Assembly (NCBI GenBank): GCA_010093605.1
Contig: MU004181.1
Span: forward strand, 2,666,001-2,730,000
DNA length: 64,000 bases
Direction: 5' to 3'
Origin: Lophium mytilinum
Lineage: Eukaryota
Positions within the stretch are counted from its first letter, which is position 1; every line of letters starts with the position of its first letter. Made by a program: the position numbers and the translations under genes. A model generated the notes under the pieces. The model was not told where the DNA came from and ran no database searches. It worked only from the letters and a program-made list of their open reading frames with translations. Shown here in pieces: positions 48,574 through 60,780 of this stretch.

Positions 48574-50934
48574 ATGAGCAACGACAACGACGCCGCGCCC
48601 GTTCTGGCGAGCCTCTTCGTCGTGAACGGCCTCAACCACGAAGAAGTCACCATCACCTGGCCCGAAGTCCTAGCTAAAGTGGCCTCTGTCGCCCCCCGCT
48701 TCTTCCTCGAGCGCCACTCCTCGGACAGTTTCGCGTCGAAGATCCTCATCAACGAGTCTAACGAACTGCCCTACAAGCTGCTGCTCAAACCCTTCGGCCT
48801 CACCTACCAGCAGTACCTTCTCCCATGGACCGACGCGGCGGTGCGTGCGCAGCCCAGCGAGGTGCAGCGCGCGGTGGAAAAGATGAACATATTGCCCGAG
48901 AGCGGCGATGACGCGGACGGCATTGTCAAGAAGCAGGAAATGCTGGCACTCCACCACCGAATCGACGACTATTACGACGCCGTTCTTGCCTGGCGCCGCC
49001 AATACTACCCGCGCAGCAAGGAGCCCGAAGTCCGCATTTGCACGTCTGGCCTGGCGCAGAAGGCGGGAAAGATGGCGCTGGAGCAGGCCAAGGCGATTTG
49101 GCTGGGTGGTCGCGACGTGATCCAGAACTTCGACATCACCTTCGAGCAGACGATGTTCACGTACTTCAGCCTGAAGCTCGCGGAGGAAATTGGTGTGCAG
49201 TTGCGCCGGCTGGAGACCCTTTTCTTGCTTGCGGTAGGAGAGGAGATCAGGAAGGCAAAGGACAAGCAGTTCCGTACTGAGTTTGTGAATGCTTGGCACA
49301 AATCCTCAATGGTCGAGGATCTCTACCTCTGCACACACGATCAGATGGCTACATGGAGAATGGTGGTGGAGCGATTCAAGAAGCTGAAAGCGAGATCGAA
49401 CGAGTTCTCCGACCGCGCTGACACTGAAACGGCAATGGACAGTGTCTCCGACGAACCTGACACTCGCAACGACGTCGGTTCATCTGAGGCTAACACTGAG
49501 ATCGATCTCCGCGAGATGGAGGGCCTTGAGGGCGATGAGACGTTCTATCCTCCCGATTGGTTCAACTGGATACTCGCGCAGGCAGCTCGGATGCTGGACG
49601 AGAATGAGGATGATCCTTGGGGAATGCTCTATCCGTGGTCGTCGTGCCATGATTGCCAGGACTATGATGACCAGAAGATGATCGAATGCGAGGGATATCA
49701 TGAGACGAGAACGTGGTTCCATTTCGCTTGCGCCCAGATCAAGAAGGTTCCCAAAAATCGTAAGTTTCCCCTGACATACTGTCAGTTATGTGCACATTTG
49801 GTTTCCACTCTTTGGGGGGTCCCATGGGGGTTTCAAAGTCCCACATAATGTCGTGTGAGAGTTTCGAAACCCCCATGGGGGCACCCCAAGCAGTGGCAAA
49901 CATCCTCACACAAAATGAAGATTTTCTACTTTTGGTGGTATATTTGACATTGAATACTAACCGTCTAAATAGGATGGATTTGCCGCCCCTGCAAAGCCGC
50001 AGAGGCAAAGATGGAAGCTCAACACTCTGCTAAAGCAACCATAGCCTCAGTTAACACCGTCCGTCTGCGAGACGTCGAGCAGCAGTCACCATCAGATGAC
50101 TTGAACGCCATTCCAGAGGCAGTGGGTAGAGGAGAGGAGCGAACTCAGTACTCCTCCAACAACTCATCCCGAGCCCTAGTCGAGCGCCCACGAGCTCGTC
50201 GAATCGTAGAGAGCTCATTTGATGAGGCGGATGATGAAGATGAAGACACACCACGCTCATCAGCTAGAGTCCTCCGTGCCAGGGCACAACCGGTCCAACA
50301 TTCCAATTCCACTATCGCGGAACGTGTCAAACTAGGCAGGATGGCTCGAGAGAGCGCCACGCATCGGGCACAGACTCAGCCTTCCCTAGATGACTGGGAC
50401 CCCCCTTCAGTGTCGTCTACATCGGAGAGTAGCAGCGTTGGCGAACTTGAAGATGCGAGTCCGTCTGTGCCGCCGGCATCTGCGAACACCATCCGTATCG
50501 CTAATCTCGTTAAGGAAGGGAGCATCAAGCGTTACTCTCCTGGTCCTAGTGCTACACGTTCGCAGTCGGTGAGTATCGTACTGCCTTTCACCAAAGCAGC
50601 GAGCAGGACCCCTCTAGTGAGGCGTACAGCGTCTAGTTCGTATCACCTTGTCCCCCAGAAGATGCAGCAGCAGCCGGCAAACCTTAACGCATTGCGTGGC
50701 GATCTTGCGGGTATATTGGACACTAAGAGCAAGGCTACCCCAAGTGGACCCCCGCATACAGAGAAACTCGGCGCTGTTATAGGTGCGTGGAGGAAGGGAG
50801 AAAAGATGCCAGATCAAGCTACCGTGTCTGCCGTACTGGATGGCGAGCGAAAGAGACATCTCGCCGAAGAGGAGTACGCGACTGCCGAAGAGACGCCTGA
50901 GAGTGCAAGCAAGAAGCCCAAGCTCTCGGAGTAA
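48574..50934 (+). CDS. Orphan protein with a central atypical PHD finger; intron 49760-49972
   Basis: Splicing joins ORFs 48574.. and 50011.. and gives CHDCQDYDDQKMIECEGYHETRTWFHFACAQIKKVPKNRWICRPC; C-terminal KKPKL resembles an NLS. Confidence 0.8.
49801..49901. repeat. Imperfect inverted repeat (arms about 45 bp, loop about 8 nt) inside the intron
   Basis: CCACTCTTTGGGGGGTCCCATGGGGGTTTCAAAGTCCCACA pairs with TGTGAGAGTTTCGAAACCCCCATGGGGGCACCCCAAGCAGTGG. Confidence 0.88.
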
Positions 50935-51249
50935 AGGTATGGCGAGCTGTGAGATGCGACTGTCTTGGGTTCAGGGTCATGAACGATAGGATATGTTGCC
51001 TTGGATGGCTTCGAGACGATTCTGGTCGGTGTGTTGGGGGAAAGGCTGTTTTTGGTACTGGTATGGTCTGCACAGTATAGTGCCTGTCATTAGGCTGTGT
51101 GATCCGTAGTTCAATGAACCAAGTCCAATACTGCACTTTTGCATGCCACTGCTTGAGGTGCTCCGGTGCGTTGACGAAATTTTCAAAATGAGCACTTCCA
51201 GACAGCGTAGATCGGAGCGATTGTCATTACCTATGCTCAATTACCTGCC

Positions 51250-52293
51250 TTACGCCATCGCCACCATTTCAGCCTTGCTATCAATACGCTGAAGCGACGA
51301 CCACTCATCCATCAGCAGGTACTCCGGTAGATACATACTCTGAAACCACTTCTCACCCACCCTACCCCCTGGCACATCCTTCAAAAGCCTCGCCGGACCT
51401 TCCAGGTGCTCCATCGACCCAATCGCCCACACCATCTCCTCATTGACCCTATAGTGCTCTCTCAGCCGCGCCCTCCTTATCGCCTTCCGAAATCCCTTCT
51501 CCGCGCCTGCCCACAGCTTCGCCGACCACACCAGCTGGTCCGCCAGCGTCATCTCGCCCGCCGCGACCTTCCGCCGGCTTTCCGCCATCTGTGGCGCCAC
51601 GTCTGAATGCTGCGACACGTCCGGTGAGCTCTCAGCGCGCTGCTGCACAGTTGCAGTTCGAAGACCTACCCAGCTTTCCGCAAGGCGGCGCATGCGCTCC
51701 TGCTCGCGGAAGAACACGGTGAGCATGCTCCGCCACTCAAACGATATCTCTACATCCGTGTCCTTATGCAGCTCTAGCCCAGGTAGGGCGGTATCATTCA
51801 CCATATCCCCAATCTGAATTACGTAATTGGGACACTCGGGCCGTATGTCCTGCACTTGTTGGCGCCAGCGCTCTAAGAGCAGTTTCCGGAGATGGGCTAC
51901 GTCCGTCTCTTTTGGTTTGCCTCTGCCTCCGCGGCTAATGTTTTTTATACTGAATTGGAGGATCTCGGGGTCGGTCTGGTTTTGGGTGAAGTAGACGCGC
52001 TCTTTGAGCCGCGAAGGGGAGAAGCGCGTGAATGCGGTTACGACCTCCGGACGCCGCGTGCTGCCGCCTAGGTTGTATTTGTCTAAGTGGAAGTATATCG
52101 TGGTGTGCCGGAGGTGCGTATCGGCGAAGGCTTGCTCGGTGAATGCACGAAAGGATTGAGAGACCTGTCGGCAGGCGGTCCAGAGGTGGGTAAGGTCGGC
52201 ATTGTAGATTAGGATCCGGATCCAGAGTTCTGGCGGGAGGGAGGGGAGGTAAGGAGGTGAGGGAGATGGGGTGGGGGAGAATGGGAGAGTCAT
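51250..52293 (-). CDS. F-box protein; probable 60-nt intron 51611-51670
   Basis: N-terminal LPSLPPELWIRIL...LWTACRQVSQSF F-box motif; GTAGGT...CAG in-frame intron candidate. Confidence 0.82.
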   Translation of the reverse strand: MTLPFSPTPSPSPPYLPSLPPELWIRILIYNADLTHLWTACRQVSQSFRAFTEQAFADTHLRHTTIYFHLDKYNLGGSTRRPEVVTAFTRFSPSRLKERVYFTQNQTDPEILQFSIKNISRGGRGKPKETDVAHLRKLLLERWRQQVQDIRPECPNYVIQIGDMVNDTALPGLELHKDTDVEISFEWRSMLTVFFREQERMRRLAESWVGLRTATVQQRAESSPDVSQHSDVAPQMAESRRKVAAGEMTLADQLVWSAKLWAGAEKGFRKAIRRARLREHYRVNEEMVWAIGSMEHLEGPARLLKDVPGGRVGEKWFQSMYLPEYLLMDEWSSLQRIDSKAEMVAMA

Positions 52294-53792
52294 GGCATGA
52301 GAACACTGAGTGTGAGTCTTCTTGCTTCTGTCTAGTAGAATGAGGGATCTTGGACGAGGTCACTTGTAATGGGTGTATGTGGGTTGAGCTTGGAGGCAGC
52401 GATAGTATCTTGAGTCGTGATTTGCTGACTCAGTGAAGGCACTGACTCAATGCTTGCTCGGTCACGTGCGCGGGTACGTCTCTGATCTGAACATAGTATA
52501 ATTCGAAGTCGCTCCGATGAAACCCCAAGTCCTAGAGCTAGTGTACGGCTATGGGGTACTTCTGACTTTATCTTAAGATCTGATAAATGATCCCGTCTCG
52601 TTCTACGAGTGCCTCTATTCATGCAAAGGTAGAGTATCGTATCTGACGTACTATGTAGTGAGTACAACTTTCACTGCAATATACGTGGTGCACTCTAAGG
52701 CACGACTGATCTCACCAACGTCTAGTTCCGCCTTTGAAGTGAGCGTACGGTACGAGGTCTGGAAGCAGGCAACGACTCAGCGAACCTGAGCTTGTAGCTG
52801 TTCACTACGAGTCCTGAGCATGCGTTGGCAAGCCTCAGCAAGCCTAGACCAGCACGTGCACGCTAGGCGAGCCGGACCTTACGCCGACGTCGACCTACAG
52901 CACTCTTCTCGCATCCAGTGCGTACCACAGTACAAGAGTAGATTATGATAATGATGAGAGAGATCCCATTGGCCAGCATGTCCTCTGCGGGATTATAAAG
53001 CTTTTTGTTACGCATGACTTACGACATGGTAAGGGCCGTACCTTCAACCTCGCGAGGGCTCTCTGCTCTGTTTCTCTTCTTCAGCTTCGATTCTAGTTGT
53101 TACTAATACAATTTGTTGTTGTGTTACATCGGTCCTTTATATATATTCCAAGCTTGTTCTCTCATGCTTGGGGTTGTGTCAATTCTTCCCCAGAACACGA
53201 TCGCCAGAGTTGGGCGTTTTCTTTGAACCCAATCACCTAAACCTGGCAGCCTAGCTGTATACAGTTACGCGGCACCCGAGCAATTGTCATGTCGGACCAT
53301 TCTTAGTCGGTACCTGACCCGATGCAGCCAGTCGATAGTTGTATGGCCTGACTGCGCAATGAGCAGGAGACACTAGTACTAGGTGCAAACGCCCCCGCAA
53401 CTGGCCGCTCCACTGCTATGTACGACCCCATTGACTCCACTCAGTACAAACGACGAGGAATCCCGTCATTGCGAGCGTTCCAGGTAGCAGCCAAACCTGC
53501 TCCAGTATTGCACCAACTCCCTCGAAGTTTGGCACCGGCGGATCGACCTCCCCGCTCTCTCAAGAACTGACTCAAAATTCTACGACTATGCAAGGCACAT
53601 CACAAGGCCAGTCTCAGACCCAAAATGCCCAAACCGGCGCTGCCGAAGGCATCGCTGAAGGCGCCGCCCGGAGCCAGTCTAGAATAGGGTTGTCTTGACG
53701 AAAAGAAGCCCTAGTTCCGCCTACTACGTCTGTGGCTTTAGATCTGCGCAAAGATCTTATAACGCCTTCAGGCCCAAAAGGGTATAGACATT

Positions 53793-54192
53793 AGATCGGG
53801 GTTTAGCAAATCTGGTAAACAACTAGATCGAGTTTGAGCAAATACGGTAAGCAACCAAATCGCGTTTCTTCAGCTCCACATCGGTACACATCGACGGCCA
53901 CGTTCCACTCGCTACGGTGGAAATGGGGGAAGGAGCTGCAGATCATTAGTCGGGCTTGAGCAGATCCAGTGAACAACTAGATCAAGTCTCTTCAGCTCCA
54001 CATCAGTATACATCGACAGCCTCGTTCCACTCGCTACAGTGGAAATGGGGGGAAGAGCTTCAGGCCACTAGTCGATCTTAAGCAGATCCAGTAAACAACT
54101 AGATCAAGTCTCTTCAGCTCAACATCAGTACACAGCGACAGCCACGTTTCCCTCGCTACGGTGAAAATGGGAAAAGGGCTGCAAGCCACTAG
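53793..54192. repeat. Tandem array of about 3 x 122-bp units, preceded by related sub-units of about 30 bp
   Basis: CAGCTC(C/A)ACATC starts at 53871, 53993 and 54115; AACAACTAGATC recurs. Confidence 0.9.
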
Positions 54193-54513
54193 CATATTTC
54201 ACCAGACTATATCTGTTTGTGAAGCTCTGGACTGGGCTGGGCTGGTCGCAGTGGCCTTGAGGGCGATCCCCTCGCTTGGTTCTGAATGCAGGTTGGCGGC
54301 GGACTGGAAAGTGTGGAGGTCTGCGCAGGAATCGCGTCAAACTCTCAAACTAGCTCTCATAGCTCGAGCTTGAAGGCAGTACCTCGGGGAAGCTTCACTC
54401 TGCATGGGCTAAAAGCTATAAGTAAGGCAGCTCTTTGTCTTGCTTCTTCACTGAAAACATCAACTCCCCTCTCTCTACGTTGTTGTCTCGATTCTGCGGT
54501 CGAGTGCGAACAA

Positions 54514-55864
54514 ATGCATTTCAATCTTGCTGGACAGCTCATTGGAGCTTTACTACTACAAACAGCATCAGCGCTGCCAGTTTGGGCACGTTTCGGCTCA
54601 AGATCATTGAGTGCGAGGGACGGCAGCTACTCAGAAATACTGAAACCAAAGGTGTTCATAGTCAGCTTGGTAAGTAATCCATCGCCCCGGGCAAAGTGAA
54701 TGGCGTTTGCAAATCGACATAGAAGCTGACGGTACATTAGTTCACGCCCGAAGCTGCAGCTTGGTGGCATATTCCTGACTTTAACATCCTTGCACAAAAT
54801 ATCAGTATCCCTGGCCTGTCCCCCAGGTTCCCCGAAGCGCATTGTACCGCAAACGGCGAAATTTGTCAGGTAGTAACGGGCGAAGGAGGTAAGACCACTC
54901 CATAACCTGACAACTACAAGTTTGCAATGTATACTGAGCTTGACCAGAAATCAACGCTGCTGCCACCATCCAAGCTCTGGTACATTACACTGGCTTTAAT
55001 CTTGCTGAGACGTACTTCTTGTCGGCTGGAATCGCAGGCGTTAATCCTAATGTCGCGACTATTGGTTCAGTAACATACGCGAGATTCGCTATTCAGGTGG
55101 CTCAGCAGTATGAATTCGATATCCGAGACATCGGCGAGAACTTTACAACTGGCTATATTCCTTATGGAACAAAGAAACCCGCTCCCGCTGAATACCCGCA
55201 GAACTTCTACGGGACGGAAGTCTTCGAGCTTAATGTTGCACTCAGGGATAGAGTAAGTAGATTCACCTCTCGCACCCTAGTCTGCGATCTTCGCTAACCT
55301 TCTCAGGCCGTTAAGCTTTCATCGAAAGCCCACCTCAACGATTCGGATATTGCGATTGCGTATCGCGCCAAATACACACAAAAGGCGGCAAAATCAGCAC
55401 CGTTTGTCATCGGTTGCGACGTCGCGACCAGCGACAACTTCTACTCGGGCAACATCCTCGCCAACGCTGCTAACAACTTCACGCTATTGATGACCAATGG
55501 CACGGGTGTATACTGTTCCACCGCACAGGAAGACAATGCCTCCCTGGAGTCATTTATGAGAGCAGCGAAGACCAAGAAGGTCGACTACAGCCGTATCATG
55601 GTCATGCGAACAGCCGCGAACTTCGACAGACCACACCCGGGCGAGTCTGCCTATCAACATCTGTTCTACGCCAACTCTGGAGGGTTCCTTCCTAGCGTTG
55701 CCAACATCTATCTTGCTGGAATCGAAGTTGTAAACGACATTATCAAAAACTGGGACAGTGTGTATGCCAAGGGCATCCACCCAACCAACTACGTCGGCGA
55801 TATATTTGGCACCTTGGGAGGAAAGCCTGACTTTGGACCTTATCCATTCTTTGGAGAGGCTTAG
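54514..55864 (+). CDS. Purine nucleoside permease (NUP family) with signal peptide; introns 54670-54740, 54889-54947, 55253-55306
   Basis: PKVFIVSLFTPE, TGEGEINAA, YFLSAGIAGVNP, YGTEVFELN, YCSTAQEDNA, MRTAANFDRP. Confidence 0.9.
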
Positions 55865-56345
55865 ACGTTGAGAATCGGCGGTTGGGCGTAACCACCTCGA
55901 GCTAATGAATACGAATAATAATGATCATATCTGATTATTTCCTTCAGTATTCAAGCCTGATGATGCATGTGATAAGTTGATGACTATCACTTTGCCGTAC
56001 TCCTCCACCTTTTAATAACCTCTAGAACACGCCTTTGCATATGCTTAACTACAAAATCTAGCATAGATATTTCCATCTGTACTGTGGTTAGATTGTCTAA
56101 TAAAGCTTAGTGAGAAAGGCATGTTAAAGGCATGCATCCTAAGCTGCAGCAGTGCAATCGGAGAAGAGGGCGAGCTGAAGTTGAGCCCAGCGTAAAATTC
56201 GCTTATCAAATAATAGACACAGCGCTAGAATAACTTGACCGGGAAGTGGTAGGAGATAAATTGGTGGGAGGTATACCCTCTAATAAATATTACTCTTGCA
56301 AATGGTACCCCATGTCAAGTATGGTTTCACTATTACCAAGAGCAT

Positions 56346-57408
56346 TCAAATGTTCGACGAGATGCCCGGTTGGATCTTTTCCAGCTGCTCGAGAAGCTCG
56401 TTGAAAAAATTCTTCTGTACTTGTTGGCCCCATTCTCCAGTAACGTGGCGCGCAGGTCTTTAGAGGAAGTCAGGAAAATGTAACGTAGCAAAAAGGGCAT
56501 AAGGAAACTCACATCTCGACACGACAGTTTGATAGATACTGGCCATTGGTCTCTGGACCTGCCAACAAGCCATGGACCAGAACACGACTGCCTTCTTCAG
56601 TGGAGCGGGCTAAGAGCTTCTCCGCAATTCTGAAGCCGCGGCTTCCTTGAGCTTCGCGTGCAAGGTTCGACTTGCAGAAGCTTGGGTTCGGCGTGTTGAT
56701 GATACATGATCCCTTTCCGGAGGAGGTGGACCTCTCGGCAAGCTCACGCACTGCGTAAATGACCAGTAACTTGCTCAGAGGGTATCGACCAGCCATATTG
56801 GCTTTCTCAGAATCGTTTAGCCGGCTGATAATGCTTCGGTCGCTAGGTTCGAGCTCTGCTAGTGGGGCCATATAATGCAGGGCGCTGTTAGGGATCACAA
56901 AGCGGCAGACGTGTCCTGTCTGCTTCCCGGATTCGCGCATCTTCGGTAAGAGAAGCAGATACAACAAGAAGGTACTGATGACGTTGACATTCAGAGTCTT
57001 TTCGTTGTTTTCACTCAGACCAAAATGGTCGGTCATGATTCCAGCGTTGGCTAACACGCCGTCCAGGCGTGGGAGCTGAGAGGCACGAGCTGCGAAAGTC
57101 TTGATGGAATCCCAGCTGTCCATGTCGATGGGCCAAACTTCAATAGACGAGTCTGGCTGACCGGTCAATTTGAGGATCGTTTTCCGTGCTTCGTCGCCTT
57201 TAGGTATGGTTCGCACTGCCATAATCAACTTTCCCACCCCCAATCGTGATAGGTGTATGCTGGCTTCGAATCCGAGGCCAGTGTTGGCGCCAGTCACAAT
57301 AACCGTGTGATTCGACAGCTCTGAAGTTTGGGCAGGGACGGGGAGCTTGGTGAAAAGATTTGAAACAAGAACTGAGCGGACGCCGTGGAGGGCTGAGAGG
57401 GCAGACAT
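56346..57408 (-). CDS. Classical short-chain dehydrogenase/reductase (retinol-dehydrogenase-like); one 3' intron at about 56460-56512
   Basis: TGANTGLG, ANAGI, catalytic YPLSK, ARSTEEGSR. Confidence 0.92.
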
Positions 57409-57772
57409 GGCAGCGTGTAGATTTCTTGGAGTGAATTGGTATTGAGTTGAGAGAAGTTGGAGGAGAAATATGTTGAATTCTAGGGAACTATTTTATATTT
57501 ACCTTGCCTCGCAAAGGGGCCGCAGTGAGCATCTCCATTTAAGCGGCTTTAATATGTCCTTTGGTAAGGCGCACATGGTGTATCATGAACACGGACCTGA
57601 CCACGAGATTCAGGGAGAGACTAGAGGGCGCTGATTGGGTCGGGGATAGCACGCTAGGTCTTGCTCGCCAGCGGGGTTAATACCTCCGCGCCTTCCCCAC
57701 GTGACATCCTACTCACCACTCATCACCAGCGCGCATAACATCTCCTGCCCACGGCGTATTGTCTACGCTTCT

Positions 57773-60127
57773 ATGGCTACCATGAATGCCGGCCCTAGGC
57801 AGTCGGAAAAACGAAATCGGCCACCTGTTTCCTGTGAGCCTTGCCGGACTCGAAAGTATGCTACATTCTCATGCCCCCTAATACCATGGCGAAGACGTGC
57901 TCACATACATATCGGTAGGTTGAAGTGTAATCGCCGGTTACCATGTGATACTTGCATGCGGCGGAACAGGTCTTCACTTTGTAACTACGCGACCAATGCC
58001 AATCGAAACAAACCTGAGCCCTCCAAAGGCCGCGATCTAAAAGACAGACTGAATACCCTTGAGAATTTGGTGTCTTCCTTTCTGTCGGCCGATGCCGTTA
58101 TCCAGCCTGGGCTACTTAACGAAAGCGAGCTCGCCATAGAAGACAGTGGCTTTGTTGCACCATCAGCCGAACGGTACGATAGGTCCACAGAGCAGAGTTC
58201 AAACTTGAGCAGCTCAAGTGGAGGAGAAGACACGCTAACCCCAGAGACACCTCATATACAGCAGACTGGGAATGGTCAAGTCAACTATATCGATCCCAGC
58301 CATTGGCTATCTATTTTGGACGACATTAAAGAGGTCCGAGAGCATTTATCCATATCCAATCAGCCTATATCACGGAATGAGACAGATTTTGATATTGATC
58401 TCGCGGTCTCGGACGCTAGTTTTCTATTCAATTTAGACCCAAATCCGAGCTTTGACGAGATTTTAAGATCATTGCCATCTCAACCCATATGCGATATGCT
58501 GCTCTCTTGGTATTTCAATTCCCGGTTCATGGTTTTGGGTAAGGAACTCATCCAACATCAGCTAAGATAGGCCACTAAATCAGACCCCTACCAAGGTATC
58601 ATACATCCAGCCAAATTTCAAAGTGAAGTAAATCTCCCACTCATAGTATCCAAGCAGTGATGACTGACAGAGGATCTATAGTACGCAACATTTTGGGAGT
58701 CACCGTTGACAGCACCACCGCTCTGGGTGGCCCTTCTGTTTTCTGTTCTAAGCGTCACAGCAAGCCTACGCCGGGTATCGAACATAACAGAGCCCGATGG
58801 TTCGATACCTCCTATAAATATATTGCAACAGAGAACGGTGCAATGTCTCGTTCTCGGGCGATATTCTACTGCTAACGCACACGCACTCGAGGCATTTCTA
58901 CTCCATCTCCAGAGCTGTTTCTTCAGCAACGACAGTCTCTCAGTCGATCCATGGTTTGAGATGGGCACTATTATCCGACTAGCATTTCGCATGGGCTATC
59001 ACCGTGATCCAAGCAGCCTGGCCGGTATCACTACGTTCGACAGCGAAATGCGGCGTCGAGTCTGGCTCAACATATTCCAATTGGACGCACTGATATCCTT
59101 CCAAATGGGATTCCCGAGTATGATACCAACCGAATTTTGCGACACTGAGGTCCCCCGAAATCTGGAGTATTCAGACCTCTTTGTTGACATGACAGCACTG
59201 CCGCCGTCGAGGCCCCTCTCCGAGCACACCCCTGTTCGTTACATTACTGTCAAAGCAGGCGTGATGGGAGTCTTCAAAAAGATCTCGGCGCATACACAGT
59301 CACTCTCGGTGCCGGCCTACGACAAAACAATAGGGCTAGACACTGAAATGAACAAGTTATACAATACAGTCCCGGAGCCTTTGAAGCGGCGAGATGTCAA
59401 TCGCTCCTTTATAGACCACTCCTGTCTAATATGGGAACGTTGTACAATAGAGGTCCTCTACCTTAAAGGGCTTATCGTCCTACATCGACGATACATCAGT
59501 TACGAGTTGCAAAACCCTAAACATGAATCCTCACGGCGTGCTTGCGTTGAAGCAGCCCTGGATATCCTTTATCGCCAAGCGGATCTACACAAAGCCTGTG
59601 AGCCTGGTGGCCGGCTGTACGAGGACCGCTGGATGTTCTTCTCACTGCCCGTGCATGATTTTCTCTTGGCCGCTATGGTGGTCTGCCTGGATCTCTCCGT
59701 CCGCATGCGATTCCGAAGGGGAGCCTCTAGAGAAGGAAGGGATTATCAGCAACTTGCTAGCAGACAGTATCAAGCTCTCCAGACATCCCAACGAATATGG
59801 GCCATCAACAGCGCAGCTTCTCCTGAGGCACACATTGCAGCACTCGCCCTTGATCTGATGATAAAAAAGGTGGCTGCAAATGACGCTGGTATTCTCTTCG
59901 TGGACGATGTTCCTTCTGGGGATGTGGATCCGGATCCAATTGTCGATTCGGACTTGCCATACGCGGATAGCATGTCACAGATGATCGACGGATCGGAGAG
60001 CATTGACTGGGTGAGTTTACAAGAACCAACTGGAGTATGGCAACTAGCCTTCTGATTAAATTAACAGGGCCTATTGGACCGGTATCTCCAAAACATAGAT
60101 ACTTCGGAAGATGCCGCGATTCAGTGA
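57773..60127 (+). CDS. Zn(II)2Cys6 transcription factor with fungal-specific TF domain; introns 57856-57918, 58539-58595, 58628-58681, 60011-60067
   Basis: Spliced CEPCRTRKLKCNRRLPCDTCMRRNRSSLC; SHWLSILDDI; AFRMGYHRDP; EMRRRVW. Confidence 0.93.
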
Positions 60128-60748
60128 ATTCTGAGATAGACTATCCATAAGGCACCAGGACGAACCTCTGTCTGTTTGGTGTTAACCACTGCCTGAAGCC
60201 CTTCATGCGTTACTATGAATCCAGATTCGATTGAAAAGTCAAGACAATGCAGACTACAGCGGCCCCCAAACGCCTCTGCGTACTGAGCGATGCCACGTAA
60301 ACTTCCACGATATCTTTGTAGATACGAAAGAAGCCTCTTCCAGTACGCAGTCGCAGGTGATGATGCCAGACCTGACGGCAACAGACCCAAACGCAAACCC
60401 TTATCTCGCACAGACAGCGGGAAAACTCTTCTTCAACCACCCGCACCAGGCGAGTAAATCAATGAAAAGCCATAAAAGGCAGGTAGCGGACCAGCAAAAA
60501 TTACGCCAGTGAAGCCCCCGAGGGAGATTCATGACAGCCGTCGCCGCGTTGTGCAATGCAGGACAGTCTGCCAGGTGGAACCGGATTCATGAGCTCGGCC
60601 ACCCCGACAGGGTAAGTATAATTCTCAGGAAGGTGCGGAGTGGGAGGGGGCTTATATAGGTGGATGCAATGAATCTAAGGCGCTAGTGACTGGTGTATGG
60701 AATGCCGTGGAAAGTGGTGGATTCGTGCTACCGGTAGTGAGGAGTGGT

Positions 60749-60780
60749 GCCTGGAGCCTGGAGCCTGGAGCCTGGAGCCT
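60749..60780 (+). repeat. Heptamer microsatellite (GCCTGGA)4+
   Basis: Read directly from the sequence, between two convergent genes. Confidence 0.85.

Noticed and set aside
52578..52586. ATCTGATAA, matching the SreA-type iron-repression motif, upstream of the F-box gene
   Set aside because: About one such match is expected by chance in 64 kb, and I saw none near the ferric reductase.
53793..54192. 122-bp units as 5S rRNA or hammerhead ribozyme
   Set aside because: No 5S similarity recognised; minus strand has CTGATGT rather than CTGATGA and no properly placed GAAA.
56031..56131. Weak inverted repeat GCCTTTGCATATGC / GCATGTTAAAGGC
   Set aside because: Short and imperfect, no target-site duplication seen; not enough to call a MITE.
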